Shown: piece after piece, positions 1 through 9,483 of the stretch
How positions within the stretch are numbered: the first letter of the stretch is position 1
How the letters are laid out: each line of letters begins with the position of its first letter
Assembly: GCA_963704655.1 (NCBI GenBank)
Contig: OY969927.1
Span: forward strand, 830,137 to 862,136
Source of the DNA: an uncultured Candidatus Babeliaceae bacterium
GTDB taxonomy: Bacteria; Babelota; Babeliae; Babelales; Babelaceae
Length of the DNA stretch: 32,000 nucleotides
Direction: 5' to 3'
Program-made: the position numbers and the translations under genes
The notes under the pieces: generated by a model
Seen by the model: only the letters and a program-made list of their open reading frames with translations
Told to the model about the DNA's origin: nothing
Databases searched by the model: none

Positions 1-903
1 AAACAAAAGGGCCTCGTATCTATCGGGGCTCATGCTACGCAAAGCTTGACGGAAATAACAGGTATATAAATCTTGATTTGTATTAACTGCGGGGTTGTTC
101 CAATTCAGATAATCAAGATCGGTATACACTGTGTATAAATCGCTATACGTTACAGGAATAAATTGGTCCAAGTAGTTAGCAACCTGCTGCGCATTTCCAC
201 TGCCTGCCATCGGTTCATAAAGCAATGCCTGCACACCTATAGGTTGATCGTGATAACGGTTGCCCAAGGCATAAATATAATCGGGAAAATAATCTGTACC
301 ATTAAAATCTGCAATTACGCGAACCTGCTCTGCGCCTCCAAATCCCCAATAAAAGCCAGGCGGTGGCGTTCCTGTCCAAATAGGCCCAGCAATTCCTGTC
401 CATAGCCCATATTTTGGACCTAATTGTTGGTCAGTAGTCGGTGAAATAGGAATATCAACGCTCACAATAGTATCTGGAACAGTGGGCAAAGCAAAACGGT
501 CCCGAAGCTGTGCAGCGGTTAGTCCACGCACATCCTGAGAATACATCATCCATGCGCCATTCTTGGTACTGCCTGCGGCAGCAGTATATACACGCACAAG
601 ATGCACCATATTTGGGTTTATTTGAGTAATCTGGGTACCATTGTCAAATGGGTCTGTCACTCCAGGAATCTCATTTGTGTCCCATTGAGCACAGATATAA
701 TTTACACCCGCAACTGGAGTAGGTGCCGGGGGAAGTACAGGAGGCGGTGTGCCATTTGCGGTCCATAATCTGGCTAAATAACCAGGGGGCTGCACTAAAT
801 CTTGCCACGGCTCGGCCAATACCTGAGTAGAAAACAGCAACCCACCAATTGCAATGAGCACTACAGCAACAGGAAAAAATACTGCTGCTATAAGAAGTCT
901 CAT
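1..903 (-). CDS. Secreted or membrane-anchored hypothetical protein, C-terminal part cut off by the window edge (301 codons visible)
   Basis: It is absent from the supplied track because it has no stop inside the window. My own minus-strand translation from the ATG at 903-901 gives MRLLIAAVFFPVAVVLIAIGGLLFSTQVLAEPWQDLVQPPGYLARLWTANGTPPPVLPPAPTPVAGV... and stays open to position 1. The N-terminus is hydrophobic and is followed by a Pro-rich linker. Track ORFs 163..405(+), 671..928(-) and 802..1197(+) look like out-of-frame shadows. No family recognised. Confidence 0.6.
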   Translation of the reverse strand, partial: MRLLIAAVFFPVAVVLIAIGGLLFSTQVLAEPWQDLVQPPGYLARLWTANGTPPPVLPPAPTPVAGVNYICAQWDTNEIPGVTDPFDNGTQITQINPNMVHLVRVYTAAAGSTKNGAWMMYSQDVRGLTAAQLRDRFALPTVPDTIVSVDIPISPTTDQQLGPKYGLWTGIAGPIWTGTPPPGFYWGFGGAEQVRVIADFNGTDYFPDYIYALGNRYHDQPIGVQALLYEPMAGSGNAQQVANYLDQFIPVTYSDLYTVYTDLDYLNWNNPAVNTNQDLYTCYFRQALRSMSPDRYEALLF

Positions 904-917
904 GTTTTTGAAATTCG

Positions 918-1313
918 TCATCGTGCATTCAAATTAGGGATTTTTTGTGCAAGCAAGTTATTGTACGCCTTTATTAAAGCGCGTCTATCGGCTCGAAGAT
1001 CCGCAGCTGACGCTTCAAGGTCTTTTGACTTAGATTTTGCTTTTCCGCAAGATGCGATACAGTCTTGCACATCGGCAATTAACTGGTCATGCCTTTTTTC
1101 CATAGCATCAATCTGGTCACAAAAGTCGCCACAAAATGTCGCTAAATCTTGTTTTGCGTCTTTGCTCAAAGATTTGAGTGAGTTCCTCATTTCTTGAAAC
1201 GCCCTTTTGCTGCTTGTAAGTTCGGTTTGAATCTCTTGTAGCCCAGCTGCACTTATCGATAAGCACAACATGGCAACGTTCATTACTAGAAAATAATATA
1301 CTGAAATTTTCAT
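918..1313 (-). CDS. Small secreted coiled-coil hypothetical protein
   Basis: 131-aa ORF with a hydrophobic signal-like N-terminus (MKISVYYFLVMNVAMLCLSISAAG) and a charged helical remainder. It ends 15 nt before the start of the downstream minus-strand gene. No family recognised. Confidence 0.5.
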   Translation of the reverse strand: MKISVYYFLVMNVAMLCLSISAAGLQEIQTELTSSKRAFQEMRNSLKSLSKDAKQDLATFCGDFCDQIDAMEKRHDQLIADVQDCIASCGKAKSKSKDLEASAADLRADRRALIKAYNNLLAQKIPNLNAR

Positions 1314-1426
1314 GAATTTTTCTCCCGCTTGAGCTCAATTGCTCAATGTTAATTTATACTGGTTTTATAAAACCTTAAAAGTATATCTCTTGTCAAGATT
1401 GTTATTAAAAGTAGTTATAAATTAAG

Positions 1427-2686
1427 CTAACTATTACTTGAACAATATTTAGTAAATATAGCCCGGACTATGGGACTTGCATCACACCCAATATTTACCT
1501 GAAAATCGTTAACGGTACCATCACCAAAATTGGGAACCAACGCGTACAAGCTCCCCTTTAAAATAGGTGAAAATGCAACACCGTCAGAATTTACGCCTGT
1601 TGCAAATGGTGAACCAGGAATTTCTACAAAAGTACCGGAATTCGGGTCAACCTGATAAACATTCACAGAACCTGTGGCGGATTTTGGCGATACTGGGATA
1701 TACACTTTTACCGTATCGCCATAAAAGTTAGAAACCGCAGCAAGTAACGTGCCATAAACAAATGGTGAGTACGCAACTGTATTTGGTGAAGAACCCGCAT
1801 CAACTGGAGATTGCGGAATTTCACTAAAATACCCAGTATCTTGATCAACTAAGTATATAGAGACGGTGTTATCACCACTGTTGGTAACAGCAGCATAAAG
1901 TTTTCCTGAAAATTCGGGGGAAAATGATAAGCCGATAGGCGATATTCCCGTAGAAAAAGGGGCAGCAACTTGAGTAAATACGCCACTTGTTTGATCTACA
2001 GAATATACTGAAACGGTATTATCGTTCTGGTTAGTAACCGCTGCAAACATATTTCCTGATACAACTGGCGAAAATACAATAGTATACGGCCCACTGCCGG
2101 CAGAAAATGGATTCCCTGCAACGGTCGTAAACACGCCAGTATTTGGATCAACCGTATAGACCCAAATTGTTCCATCGCCGTTATTTGCAACAGCGGCACA
2201 CAACACACCAGAAGTTAGTAGTGTAAACGCAACACTATACGGCGTAACTCCTGTGGAAAATGGTTGCCCAGTAACAGTAGAAAATGCGCCCGTTAAAGTA
2301 TCAACCATAAAAACACTCAACGTACTATCGTTTGCATTTGGCACCGCTGCAAAAACATTTCCTGAAACCTCTGGAGAATAGGCTAACCATGCCGGTCCTG
2401 AACCAGCACCAGAACCTGATGAAAATGGCGAGCCAGGAACCGACAAAAGCGTGCCATTTGATGTATCAACTTGATATACAGAAACTGTTCCATCACTATA
2501 ATTTGGTACTCCGGCAAAAAGATTCCCCGAAACAACGGGTGAGTAAGCAACCCACGCTGGCCCGGCGCCTGCTTGATATGGCGATTCACTCAACTGTTCA
2601 AATGTACCAACTACACACTCGGCAAAAAGCGCACTTTGCTGATTAATAAGAATTAGAAGTATATGATAAAATTTTGAAAATTTCAT
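1427..2686 (-). CDS. Secreted beta-propeller repeat protein (lactonase-like or YVTN-like repeats)
   Basis: 419 aa with a signal peptide (MKFSKFYHILLILINQQSALFA). A repeat of about 45-50 aa occurs roughly 8 times with the pattern SP..SG.L.AAV.N..D.TVSVY.VD...G.F....G.PF..G. Confidence 0.75.
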   Translation of the reverse strand: MKFSKFYHILLILINQQSALFAECVVGTFEQLSESPYQAGAGPAWVAYSPVVSGNLFAGVPNYSDGTVSVYQVDTSNGTLLSVPGSPFSSGSGAGSGPAWLAYSPEVSGNVFAAVPNANDSTLSVFMVDTLTGAFSTVTGQPFSTGVTPYSVAFTLLTSGVLCAAVANNGDGTIWVYTVDPNTGVFTTVAGNPFSAGSGPYTIVFSPVVSGNMFAAVTNQNDNTVSVYSVDQTSGVFTQVAAPFSTGISPIGLSFSPEFSGKLYAAVTNSGDNTVSIYLVDQDTGYFSEIPQSPVDAGSSPNTVAYSPFVYGTLLAAVSNFYGDTVKVYIPVSPKSATGSVNVYQVDPNSGTFVEIPGSPFATGVNSDGVAFSPILKGSLYALVPNFGDGTVNDFQVNIGCDASPIVRAIFTKYCSSNS

Positions 2687-2702
2687 AAAACCTACAAATA
2701 AC

Positions 2703-4094
2703 TCAACAATTTTGCGTAACGGTTACTGCAACGGAGTCTGTTGTCGTGCCATTGCTATAATTTCCTACAATGTAATAGGTATAAGTAACATTTGGATTTC
2801 TATTATGATCTAAAAATACAAATGGTTCTGCCGCAACAGTGCCTGCTAAATTAGTTAACCCAGCATCACGATAAATTGAATAACTCACGGGCAATGTGTT
2901 TCCAGAAACCGTCCACGTTAATTTATTAACAAAATCTGTTTGAGTCAGAAACCTATTTGCTATTTGGCATCCCTGCGCAACAATTTGAACTGATTCTAGC
3001 GCTATAACATTCACGACATTAGATGTGTAATTCGTAACATACGCATATTCACCATCAGGCGAAATTGCAATTGCATCAGGAGATTGTCCAACCACTATTG
3101 TTAGAGGGAGTAACGTATTAGTTGCGATGTCGATAATGTTAACGGTGCCCTGCCCAGCCACCAAACTACTAAAGTATGTGGTAGTGTAAAGAGTATTATA
3201 ATTAGTTGCGTATGCATAACGTCCATCGGGCGTAATAGCAATACCGGCAGGCTGTATTCCAAGATCAATAGTTGCTGCAATAGTATTATTTTCAAGATCA
3301 ACAGCGCTTACTGTTGTGCCGTAAGGAAAGAAATTATTGCTGCCAAAGTTTGTCACGTAGGCGTATTGACCGTTTGGTGTAATTGCAATTGCAAAAGGAC
3401 CTGAAAAACCTAAAATGGTTGTTGTAACCAGATTGCTGGTGGTATCTACAACATCAACAGTGCCCTGGCCGGGGTTGCCACTGGTATAATTAGCAACATA
3501 AAGATGTTTCCCATCAGGTGCCATAGCCAACACCGCAGGAGCAAGATCTGTGACAATAGGCGCACCGATAATCATGTTCGTATTCAAATCTACAACACGT
3601 ATTGTTGTGCCGTTACCACTAAGAACACCTTCAGGACCGCCATAATTATTGACATATGCAGTGTTTCCATCAGGAGTTATAACAAAACCTGATGGGCCAT
3701 CAAACCCAGTAATTAAACCGGTAACTGAATTAGAAAGTAAATCAATAATAGAGACCGTTGTGTAATTACTGTTGGTTACATATGCTTTTGTTCCAGCAGC
3801 ATTTATAGTTACCGTATAAGGCTGATTAAAAGTGGTACTTGTAATAGTTTGTTCAAGGGTATTATTCATGAGATTTAATACACTCACACTGTCTGAGCCA
3901 GGAATTCCATAATTATTATTGTTTGCAACATAGGCAAAACGATTATCAGGTGTAATGGCAAGACCAGCCGGAGTGACTCCCACATTAATAGTTGCAACAA
4001 CCTCATTAGGTGTCATAGAATGCAACAATACTGTTGCTCCACATGACAAAAAACAAACTAAGTAACGTAACAATTTTATCATGAGTATCTCCAA
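2703..4094 (-). CDS. Secreted YVTN-type beta-propeller repeat protein with a C-terminal Ig/Fn3-like domain
   Basis: 463 aa with a signal peptide. It has repeated 40-residue units of the type G..P.G.AITPDG.YAYV.N.....VSVID (for example PAGLAITPDNRFAYVANNNNY, PSGFVITPDGNTAYVNNYG, PAGIAITPDGRYAYATNYN, PDAIAISPDGEYAYVTNY). The C-terminal ~90 aa (LTWTVSGNTLPVSYSIYRD...YTYYIVGNY) looks like a beta-sandwich. An alternative start is Met5 at 4082. Confidence 0.8.
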   Translation of the reverse strand: MEILMIKLLRYLVCFLSCGATVLLHSMTPNEVVATINVGVTPAGLAITPDNRFAYVANNNNYGIPGSDSVSVLNLMNNTLEQTITSTTFNQPYTVTINAAGTKAYVTNSNYTTVSIIDLLSNSVTGLITGFDGPSGFVITPDGNTAYVNNYGGPEGVLSGNGTTIRVVDLNTNMIIGAPIVTDLAPAVLAMAPDGKHLYVANYTSGNPGQGTVDVVDTTSNLVTTTILGFSGPFAIAITPNGQYAYVTNFGSNNFFPYGTTVSAVDLENNTIAATIDLGIQPAGIAITPDGRYAYATNYNTLYTTTYFSSLVAGQGTVNIIDIATNTLLPLTIVVGQSPDAIAISPDGEYAYVTNYTSNVVNVIALESVQIVAQGCQIANRFLTQTDFVNKLTWTVSGNTLPVSYSIYRDAGLTNLAGTVAAEPFVFLDHNRNPNVTYTYYIVGNYSNGTTTDSVAVTVTQNC

Positions 4095-4098
4095 AAAA

Positions 4099-4127
4099 TT
4101 TACTAAGCTAAGATTTTGCTTAGTAAA
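4099..4127. promoter_or_regulatory. Perfect 10-bp inverted repeat in a divergent intergenic region (possible operator)
   Basis: TTTACTAAGC (4099-4108) and GCTTAGTAAA (4118-4127) are separated by 9 nt. The repeat begins 5 nt upstream of the propeller gene start, in the 187-bp region shared with the divergent 4282 gene. Confidence 0.3.
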
Positions 4128-4281
4128 CTCTAGAAAGTCTTAACAATGTATGTCAATAAATAATTTTAAAATCAAGATGAAAAGCTAAATCCCCTTCGGG
4201 CAATATCTTGTTTTTCTAAGAACGACGGTTCTATTTTAATCAGTAGATTGTTTAATTTTTTTTTTAATCAGGAGAACAAGT

Positions 4282-4950
4282 ATGTTCAAGAAATTATTAT
4301 TAACATTACTATTTGTAGCCACGGCTAAAACGAACTGCATGGCAGATCAAAGCGAAGAAGCAGAATCAAAAAGCCGTAAATGCAAAACATTCCAAAATTT
4401 AAATGTATGTAAGAATCTTAACGTTGGCGGAACAGTAACGGCCAATAACTTTATGACTTCATCTGGCCAACTATTTGGTGGTATTCGCAATTATGCTGTG
4501 TTAACTAACCAGGCAGAAGTAATTTCAGGCGATAACATTCTTTGGGCCGAAACACCTGCAAGCAACTTGTCTTCAGGTATCAGTTTTAACGCAACCACAG
4601 GTTCTATAACTCTTCCAACATCAGGACTTTTCCTTGTACAATACACAGTAAGATTTACAAGAACCCCATATGATGGCACTTCTATTGCAACAGCACAATT
4701 ACAGCAAACAGTTGCAGGAACACCTACGAATATAACCCAGCCAGCTATTACTACCTATCTTGGAATAGACGGCATAACTTTCACTGTCCCACAATCCAAT
4801 GCTTTAGTGACAGGCTACGCTCTTGTGAGTGTAACATCATCAGCAAACAATACCCTTAATTTAGTAGCTACATTTGATGACAATGCCACCCTTCCTGCAA
4901 CTACAGGCACAGACGCAAATGCGGAAATGGTAATATTGCAACTTAACTAA
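4282..4950 (+). CDS. Secreted small protein, possibly C1q/TNF-like (BclA C-terminal-domain-like) jelly-roll; copy 1
   Basis: 222 aa with signal peptide MFKKLLLTLLFVATAKTNC and SD AGGAG 8 nt upstream. The beta-rich C-terminal ~160 aa (ITLPTSGLFLVQYTVRF...NNTLNLVATF...MVILQLN) resembles BclA-CTD/C1q-type domains. That fold call rests on pattern memory only. Confidence 0.7.
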   Translation: MFKKLLLTLLFVATAKTNCMADQSEEAESKSRKCKTFQNLNVCKNLNVGGTVTANNFMTSSGQLFGGIRNYAVLTNQAEVISGDNILWAETPASNLSSGISFNATTGSITLPTSGLFLVQYTVRFTRTPYDGTSIATAQLQQTVAGTPTNITQPAITTYLGIDGITFTVPQSNALVTGYALVSVTSSANNTLNLVATFDDNATLPATTGTDANAEMVILQLN

Positions 4951-4997
4951 AAAAAAATGTAGATTGTTTAATTCTTTTTTTAATCAGGAGAACAAGT

Positions 4998-5666
4998 ATG
5001 TTCAAGAAATTATTATTAACATTACTATTTGTAGCCACGGCTAAAGCGAACTGCATGGCAGATCAAAGCGAAGAAGCAGAATCAAAAAGCCGTAAATGCA
5101 AAACATTCCAAAATTTAAATGTATGTAAGAATCTTAACGTTGGCGGAACAGTAACGGCCAATAACTTTATGACTTCATCTGGCCAACTATTTGGTGGTAT
5201 TCGCAATTATGCTGTGTTAACTAACCAGGCAGAAGTAATTTCAGGCGATAACATTCTTTGGGCCGAAACACCTACAAGCAACTTGTCTTCAGGTATCAGT
5301 TTTAATGCAACCACAGGTTCTATAACTCTTCCAACATCAGGACTTTTCCTTGTACAATACACAGTAAGATTTACAAGAACCCCATATGATGGCACTTCTA
5401 TTGCAACAGCACAATTACAGCAAACAGTTGCAGGAACACCTACGAATATAACCCAGCCAGCTATTACTACCTATCTTGGGATAGACGGCACAACTGGCGA
5501 TATCCCGCAATCTAATGCTTTAGCAACAGGCTACGCTCTTGTGAGCGTAACATCATCAACAAACAATACTCTTAATTTAGTAGCTACATTTGATGATAAT
5601 GCAACGCTTCCTGCAACTACAGGCACAGATGCAAATGCGCAAATAGTAATATTACAACTTAACTAA
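4998..5666 (+). CDS. Secreted small protein, possibly C1q/TNF-like jelly-roll; copy 2
   Basis: This is a paralogue of 4282..4950 with the same length, leader and RBS. Substitutions are concentrated in the last ~190 nt. Confidence 0.7.
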   Translation: MFKKLLLTLLFVATAKANCMADQSEEAESKSRKCKTFQNLNVCKNLNVGGTVTANNFMTSSGQLFGGIRNYAVLTNQAEVISGDNILWAETPTSNLSSGISFNATTGSITLPTSGLFLVQYTVRFTRTPYDGTSIATAQLQQTVAGTPTNITQPAITTYLGIDGTTGDIPQSNALATGYALVSVTSSTNNTLNLVATFDDNATLPATTGTDANAQIVILQLN

Positions 5667-5690
5667 AAAAAACTTAGATCTTAAACTATA

Positions 5691-5722
5691 AGGGCCCTGT
5701 ATTTTTATGCAGGGCTTTTTTT
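5691..5722 (+). terminator. Rho-independent terminator after the duplicated genes
   Basis: The GCCCTG (5694-5699) / CAGGGC (5710-5715) stem is followed by TTTTTTT. Confidence 0.7.
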
Positions 5723-5761
5723 ATTTGACAATAAAAACAAATAAGAGCAAAATTCCTAATT

Positions 5762-6475
5762 ATGGAAAGAATGACCTTACGACAACAACAATTTTTTGCC
5801 GCTCTGCCCGATTCTTGGAAAAAGCCTTTAGAAGATGTTTGTAAAAGAACAGAAATTGATGCGCTCCTACAATTTTTACAAGAGCGTGAATCTGCTGGTG
5901 CAAAAATTTATCCTGCAAAACAGAATATATTTGCTGCATTAAAAGCAACGCCATTTAATGATGTAAGTGTAGTAATTGTTGGACAAGATCCCTATCACGG
6001 CCCGGGCCAGGCACATGGATTAAGCTTTAGTGTTCCGCCAGGCGTTCCACAACCGCCCTCTTTGCGCAATATCTTTAAAGAGCTGCATAAAGATATCGGC
6101 ATGCCTATTCCGGCACATGGCACTTTAACCGGCTGGGCACAACAAGGCGTGTTATTGCTTAATGCAATTTTAACCGTTGAAGATGGCAAACCGGCAAGTC
6201 ATGCAAAACATGGCTGGGAAATTTTTACTGACGCTGTTATTGAACAGCTTATTAAACGCAAACACCCGCTTGTTTTAATGCTCTGGGGCGCATACGCTCA
6301 GAAAAAAGTTGAACATTTGCATATGCACATCGACCCTTCACGCCATTTAATCTTAAAAGCGGCACACCCATCACCACTTTCAGTAACCAAATTTTTAGGC
6401 TGCCGCCACTTTTCACAAGCTAATGCCTTTTTAAAAAAGCATAACGAGCCAGAAATTAATTGGGCAGATTTGTAG
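5762..6475 (+). CDS. ung: Uracil-DNA glycosylase, family 1
   Basis: The diagnostic motifs VIVGQDPYHGPGQAHGLSFSV and HPSPLS are present, and the length is typical (237 aa). The true start may be the second Met at 5771. Confidence 0.93.
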   Translation: MERMTLRQQQFFAALPDSWKKPLEDVCKRTEIDALLQFLQERESAGAKIYPAKQNIFAALKATPFNDVSVVIVGQDPYHGPGQAHGLSFSVPPGVPQPPSLRNIFKELHKDIGMPIPAHGTLTGWAQQGVLLLNAILTVEDGKPASHAKHGWEIFTDAVIEQLIKRKHPLVLMLWGAYAQKKVEHLHMHIDPSRHLILKAAHPSPLSVTKFLGCRHFSQANAFLKKHNEPEINWADL

Positions 6476-6480
6476 TTACC

Positions 6481-7377
6481 TTAATAACTATATCGCCCTT
6501 TTTTTGCAGCTTTTTCTTCCGCTAAGATATCACCTATTAACCCATACGCATCGTCATATGACAGCCCCTGCCACCGTATCCCGCGTTTATTCAGGATATC
6601 TATCTGAGCACCTGAAATCGGTCTAACAGGAGTAGGTTGTGCTTGTTGCACCGGCGCTAAAGCTGGAAAGTGCGCTATTAAATGTGCCTTTTGCGTTGCA
6701 TCAAACCGATATCCACCACCAAACATATTTGAAAGTAATGTTTTAAAATAAGCATTTTTTTCATAGAGCTTTGGCATCAAATTTCTCTTCCAAGCATCCA
6801 ATTGATTTTTTGATGTATCAGCCAATTCGTGAATATATGCCTTAAAAATATCTTCCTGCATACTTAAAAAATTATTCTTATATTTTTCTGCAATCTCTTT
6901 TGATTTAATCCTTACTATATTTTCATTATTTACACTTGTCCGCGCATGACCTAAAGCACTTGCTGTTAGATTCGCTGAACCTGTCCATACATCTTCATCA
7001 TCAATAATAATAAATTTATTATGCATTTTATTTTCATCGCCGTATGGTGATACAATCGGAACAATGCCTGCGCTTAAAAATCTTTCCAATAAATTATCGC
7101 TATTAGATGTTTTACTATCATAGATAACTTGAACATCAACACCGCGAGCTTTTAAAAGTATAAGTTCATTAATAACTGGTTGGCTCGTTAACCAATATGA
7201 AGCAACAATAACTTTTTCTTTTGCTGTGTCAAACGATCGCAGCAATTCTCTTTGAAAAAGATTTGTATCATCGGGTATAAAATATACATTAACATCTGCA
7301 GGTACAGCGTTGAGTAACCCAAAAACCAACAAACAGAAAAATAGTACATTGTGTCTTAAAAAATATTTATTAGCCAT
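6481..7377 (-). CDS. Secreted phospholipase D / Nuc-like single-HKD protein with a C-terminal extension
   Basis: It has a signal peptide (LFFCLLVFGLLNAVPA) and a perfect HKD motif, HNKFIIIDDEDVWTGSANLT (HxKxxxxD x6 GSxN). Only one HKD is present, which implies a Nuc-like homodimer. About 110 extra C-terminal residues are of unknown function. Confidence 0.8.
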   Translation of the reverse strand: MANKYFLRHNVLFFCLLVFGLLNAVPADVNVYFIPDDTNLFQRELLRSFDTAKEKVIVASYWLTSQPVINELILLKARGVDVQVIYDSKTSNSDNLLERFLSAGIVPIVSPYGDENKMHNKFIIIDDEDVWTGSANLTASALGHARTSVNNENIVRIKSKEIAEKYKNNFLSMQEDIFKAYIHELADTSKNQLDAWKRNLMPKLYEKNAYFKTLLSNMFGGGYRFDATQKAHLIAHFPALAPVQQAQPTPVRPISGAQIDILNKRGIRWQGLSYDDAYGLIGDILAEEKAAKKGRYSY

Positions 7378-7417
7378 AAAGCGCCTTTCTTTATTTATTA
7401 TGAGATAAAAATCACTA

Positions 7418-9277
7418 TCAACTAAATGCAGCTGCCTGCCTAATTGGCCTTAAAAGACGATGATAAACATAGGGCTCCCCATCTTTTTCACCAAAGGTAT
7501 ATTCTGCTCTGCAGTTCTGTTCTGCGCCTGTGGTAAGATTTTTGCGAGTAACTTCAGCAATAAGTTCATCTTCCGCCTCTGAAGAACCATCTTTCATAAA
7601 AGGAACAAGCTCCCCCACATATTGAATAACATAATCAAGCATCTGGGCAAAAGTATGATGCTCTATGGTACTTTTTGCCAATTTCATCGCTTTTTTACCT
7701 TGTCCCTGCCTTTTTAAAATACGTTCATGATAACGAAGGCCCTTAATTTCTGCATAATTACGATTAAGATCCGCTTTTGCCTTAACAATAAGCTCTTCAT
7801 CTTGCTGCGGGTCCTCGATAACAAATATTTTATTTATTGGATCAATTTTACTCACAGAGCTACCATCATCTACTTTGAAATTGTTGTTCCATTCTTTTGT
7901 GGTAATAGCAAATGGATCTTGCTCAGGCACTTTTGCAAATTGGCTAGAAGATTCGCCTTGCGTAACTAGCGCAGGCTCTTCAAGAGTGGCCTTTTCTTTG
8001 CCTTTTTTTGATTTAGTTTTTTTCTTTTCTTCTTCTTGCAATAATTGCTGTTCTGCCCGCTCGGCTTTAATCTTTTTTATTGCTGGAAATAACTCATCCG
8101 TATCTAAATATATATCATCAAACTTATTCTTAGACTCTTCTATGAGCTTGAAACCTTCATTTTCATTTTTATTTACACCAATACCAAAAAGGCGCATGTA
8201 CCCGCGCGTTAAAATTACAGATCTTTGCGTGTTGTCAGTATCATTATAAATTTTTTTGAAATACTCTTGTGCTTTTGCCTCATCTTTTTCAACACCAAAC
8301 CCATAATGATATGCTATGGCTAGTTGCAATAGACCAATCGGCAGAATATCTATTTTGTTTGCTTCCGCTTGTTCAAGTATACGGATACCCTCTTGTTGTT
8401 CACCTTGTGTAATAAGTATCGTGCTATATAAAAATGCTGCTAAGTAATCTATTTTTGCCAGCTCTTTAAGCGATCCTTTTGCAGCTTGAGTATCGCCAAC
8501 TATTTTTTTAGTCCATATTAGGCGCGCAATATGCGCCTTACCGCGTGCGCTATTTGCTTTCTCAAAATATTCACGGGCCTTAACTATGTTCGGTTTATGA
8601 TCATTAAAGCCTTTTTCAGCCAAAAGGCCCAATCCAATGCATGCCAATTCGTAATTGTGAAAGGATCGAATATGCTTTTCTGCAGGTAAATTTATAACCC
8701 TTAAAAACAAATCATGCGCTTTTTGTAAATCTTGTGGTATAACTTCATTTCCTTTGAAAAACTCAACAGCTAAATTGTAAATCCCCAGGGGATTATTTTT
8801 TGATGCCAATTTTTGATAATACTCAACAGCTGTTTTAACATCTTTTGGACCACCCTTCCCTTCATTTAAAAGCTTGGCTAAATTGCTCATCGCATCATCT
8901 TCATAAGCAGTATGCATATCAATTGCTACTAGATAGTATTTTCTAGCCCTTCTATAATCTTTATTTTCTTGATATTCAAATCCTAGATTATAGTTTTGTT
9001 CTAGAAATCCATGCGCTACAGCTTCAGACATATATCTTAATTTCTTATCTTTATCATTTTCTTTTATAGCCAAATCAGCCAAACGATTATAAGCATCAGG
9101 AATCCGATCACGCACCTGAAGAAGCATTCTTTCCGCTTCTGGCAAACTGTTATTACCCGCTATTAACATAGTCGCAAAATTATATATATATTCAGGATTG
9201 GCATCTGGGCCCGGATATCTAAAAAGTGCTGTGATTGAAGTAAAAGATAAAACTAGCAATACGATTAAATAGTTCAT
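7418..9277 (-). CDS. Secreted Sel1-repeat (SLR/TPR-like) protein with a Lys/Glu-rich linker and a conserved unknown C-terminal domain
   Basis: 619 aa with a signal peptide. It has multiple Sel1-type repeats (A..YY..A......A.YNLA..Y..G.GV.KD...A). It is colinear with the paralogue at 25111..27027. Confidence 0.85.
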   Translation of the reverse strand: MNYLIVLLVLSFTSITALFRYPGPDANPEYIYNFATMLIAGNNSLPEAERMLLQVRDRIPDAYNRLADLAIKENDKDKKLRYMSEAVAHGFLEQNYNLGFEYQENKDYRRARKYYLVAIDMHTAYEDDAMSNLAKLLNEGKGGPKDVKTAVEYYQKLASKNNPLGIYNLAVEFFKGNEVIPQDLQKAHDLFLRVINLPAEKHIRSFHNYELACIGLGLLAEKGFNDHKPNIVKAREYFEKANSARGKAHIARLIWTKKIVGDTQAAKGSLKELAKIDYLAAFLYSTILITQGEQQEGIRILEQAEANKIDILPIGLLQLAIAYHYGFGVEKDEAKAQEYFKKIYNDTDNTQRSVILTRGYMRLFGIGVNKNENEGFKLIEESKNKFDDIYLDTDELFPAIKKIKAERAEQQLLQEEEKKKTKSKKGKEKATLEEPALVTQGESSSQFAKVPEQDPFAITTKEWNNNFKVDDGSSVSKIDPINKIFVIEDPQQDEELIVKAKADLNRNYAEIKGLRYHERILKRQGQGKKAMKLAKSTIEHHTFAQMLDYVIQYVGELVPFMKDGSSEAEDELIAEVTRKNLTTGAEQNCRAEYTFGEKDGEPYVYHRLLRPIRQAAAFS

Positions 9278-9483
9278 ATATTATCCCTAAACAATAAATG
9301 CAGAGTTTTTATATCTTTCCTATTTAATCATTTAAATGCATTTACAGTCTATAAACGATGAAATTATCATGAGAAGCCCTTATAAAAACCCTTGAACAGC
9401 TGCAGGCTCTTGGCAAAGATCAACTTTAAGCCTTTTTACGCCATTTATTTTTTATTCAATTTATTATATAATAAGCCATATAT

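Larger units (their letters stand above)
4243..5673. repeat. Direct tandem duplication, 2 x 716 bp, each unit holding an RBS plus a complete 222-aa gene
   Basis: Unit 1 starts at GTAGATTGTTTAATT (4243) and unit 2 at 4959. The offset is exactly 716 bp and includes the upstream AATCAGGAGAACAAGTATG leader. Confidence 0.95.

Noticed and set aside
163-1197. Track ORFs 163..405(+), 671..928(-) and 802..1197(+)
   Set aside because: They are out of frame relative to the 301-codon open frame on the minus strand (1..903) and the 918..1313 gene. Their compositions are not protein-like.
4243-5673. CRISPR array or other short-repeat locus
   Set aside because: The only repeats are two 716-bp gene-length units. 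No 25-40-bp repeat-spacer periodicity occurs anywhere in the window.
7727-8249. Two plus-strand ORFs (80 and 124 aa)
   Set aside because: They are antisense to the Sel1-repeat gene, with Phe/Ser/Cys-rich nonsense composition.
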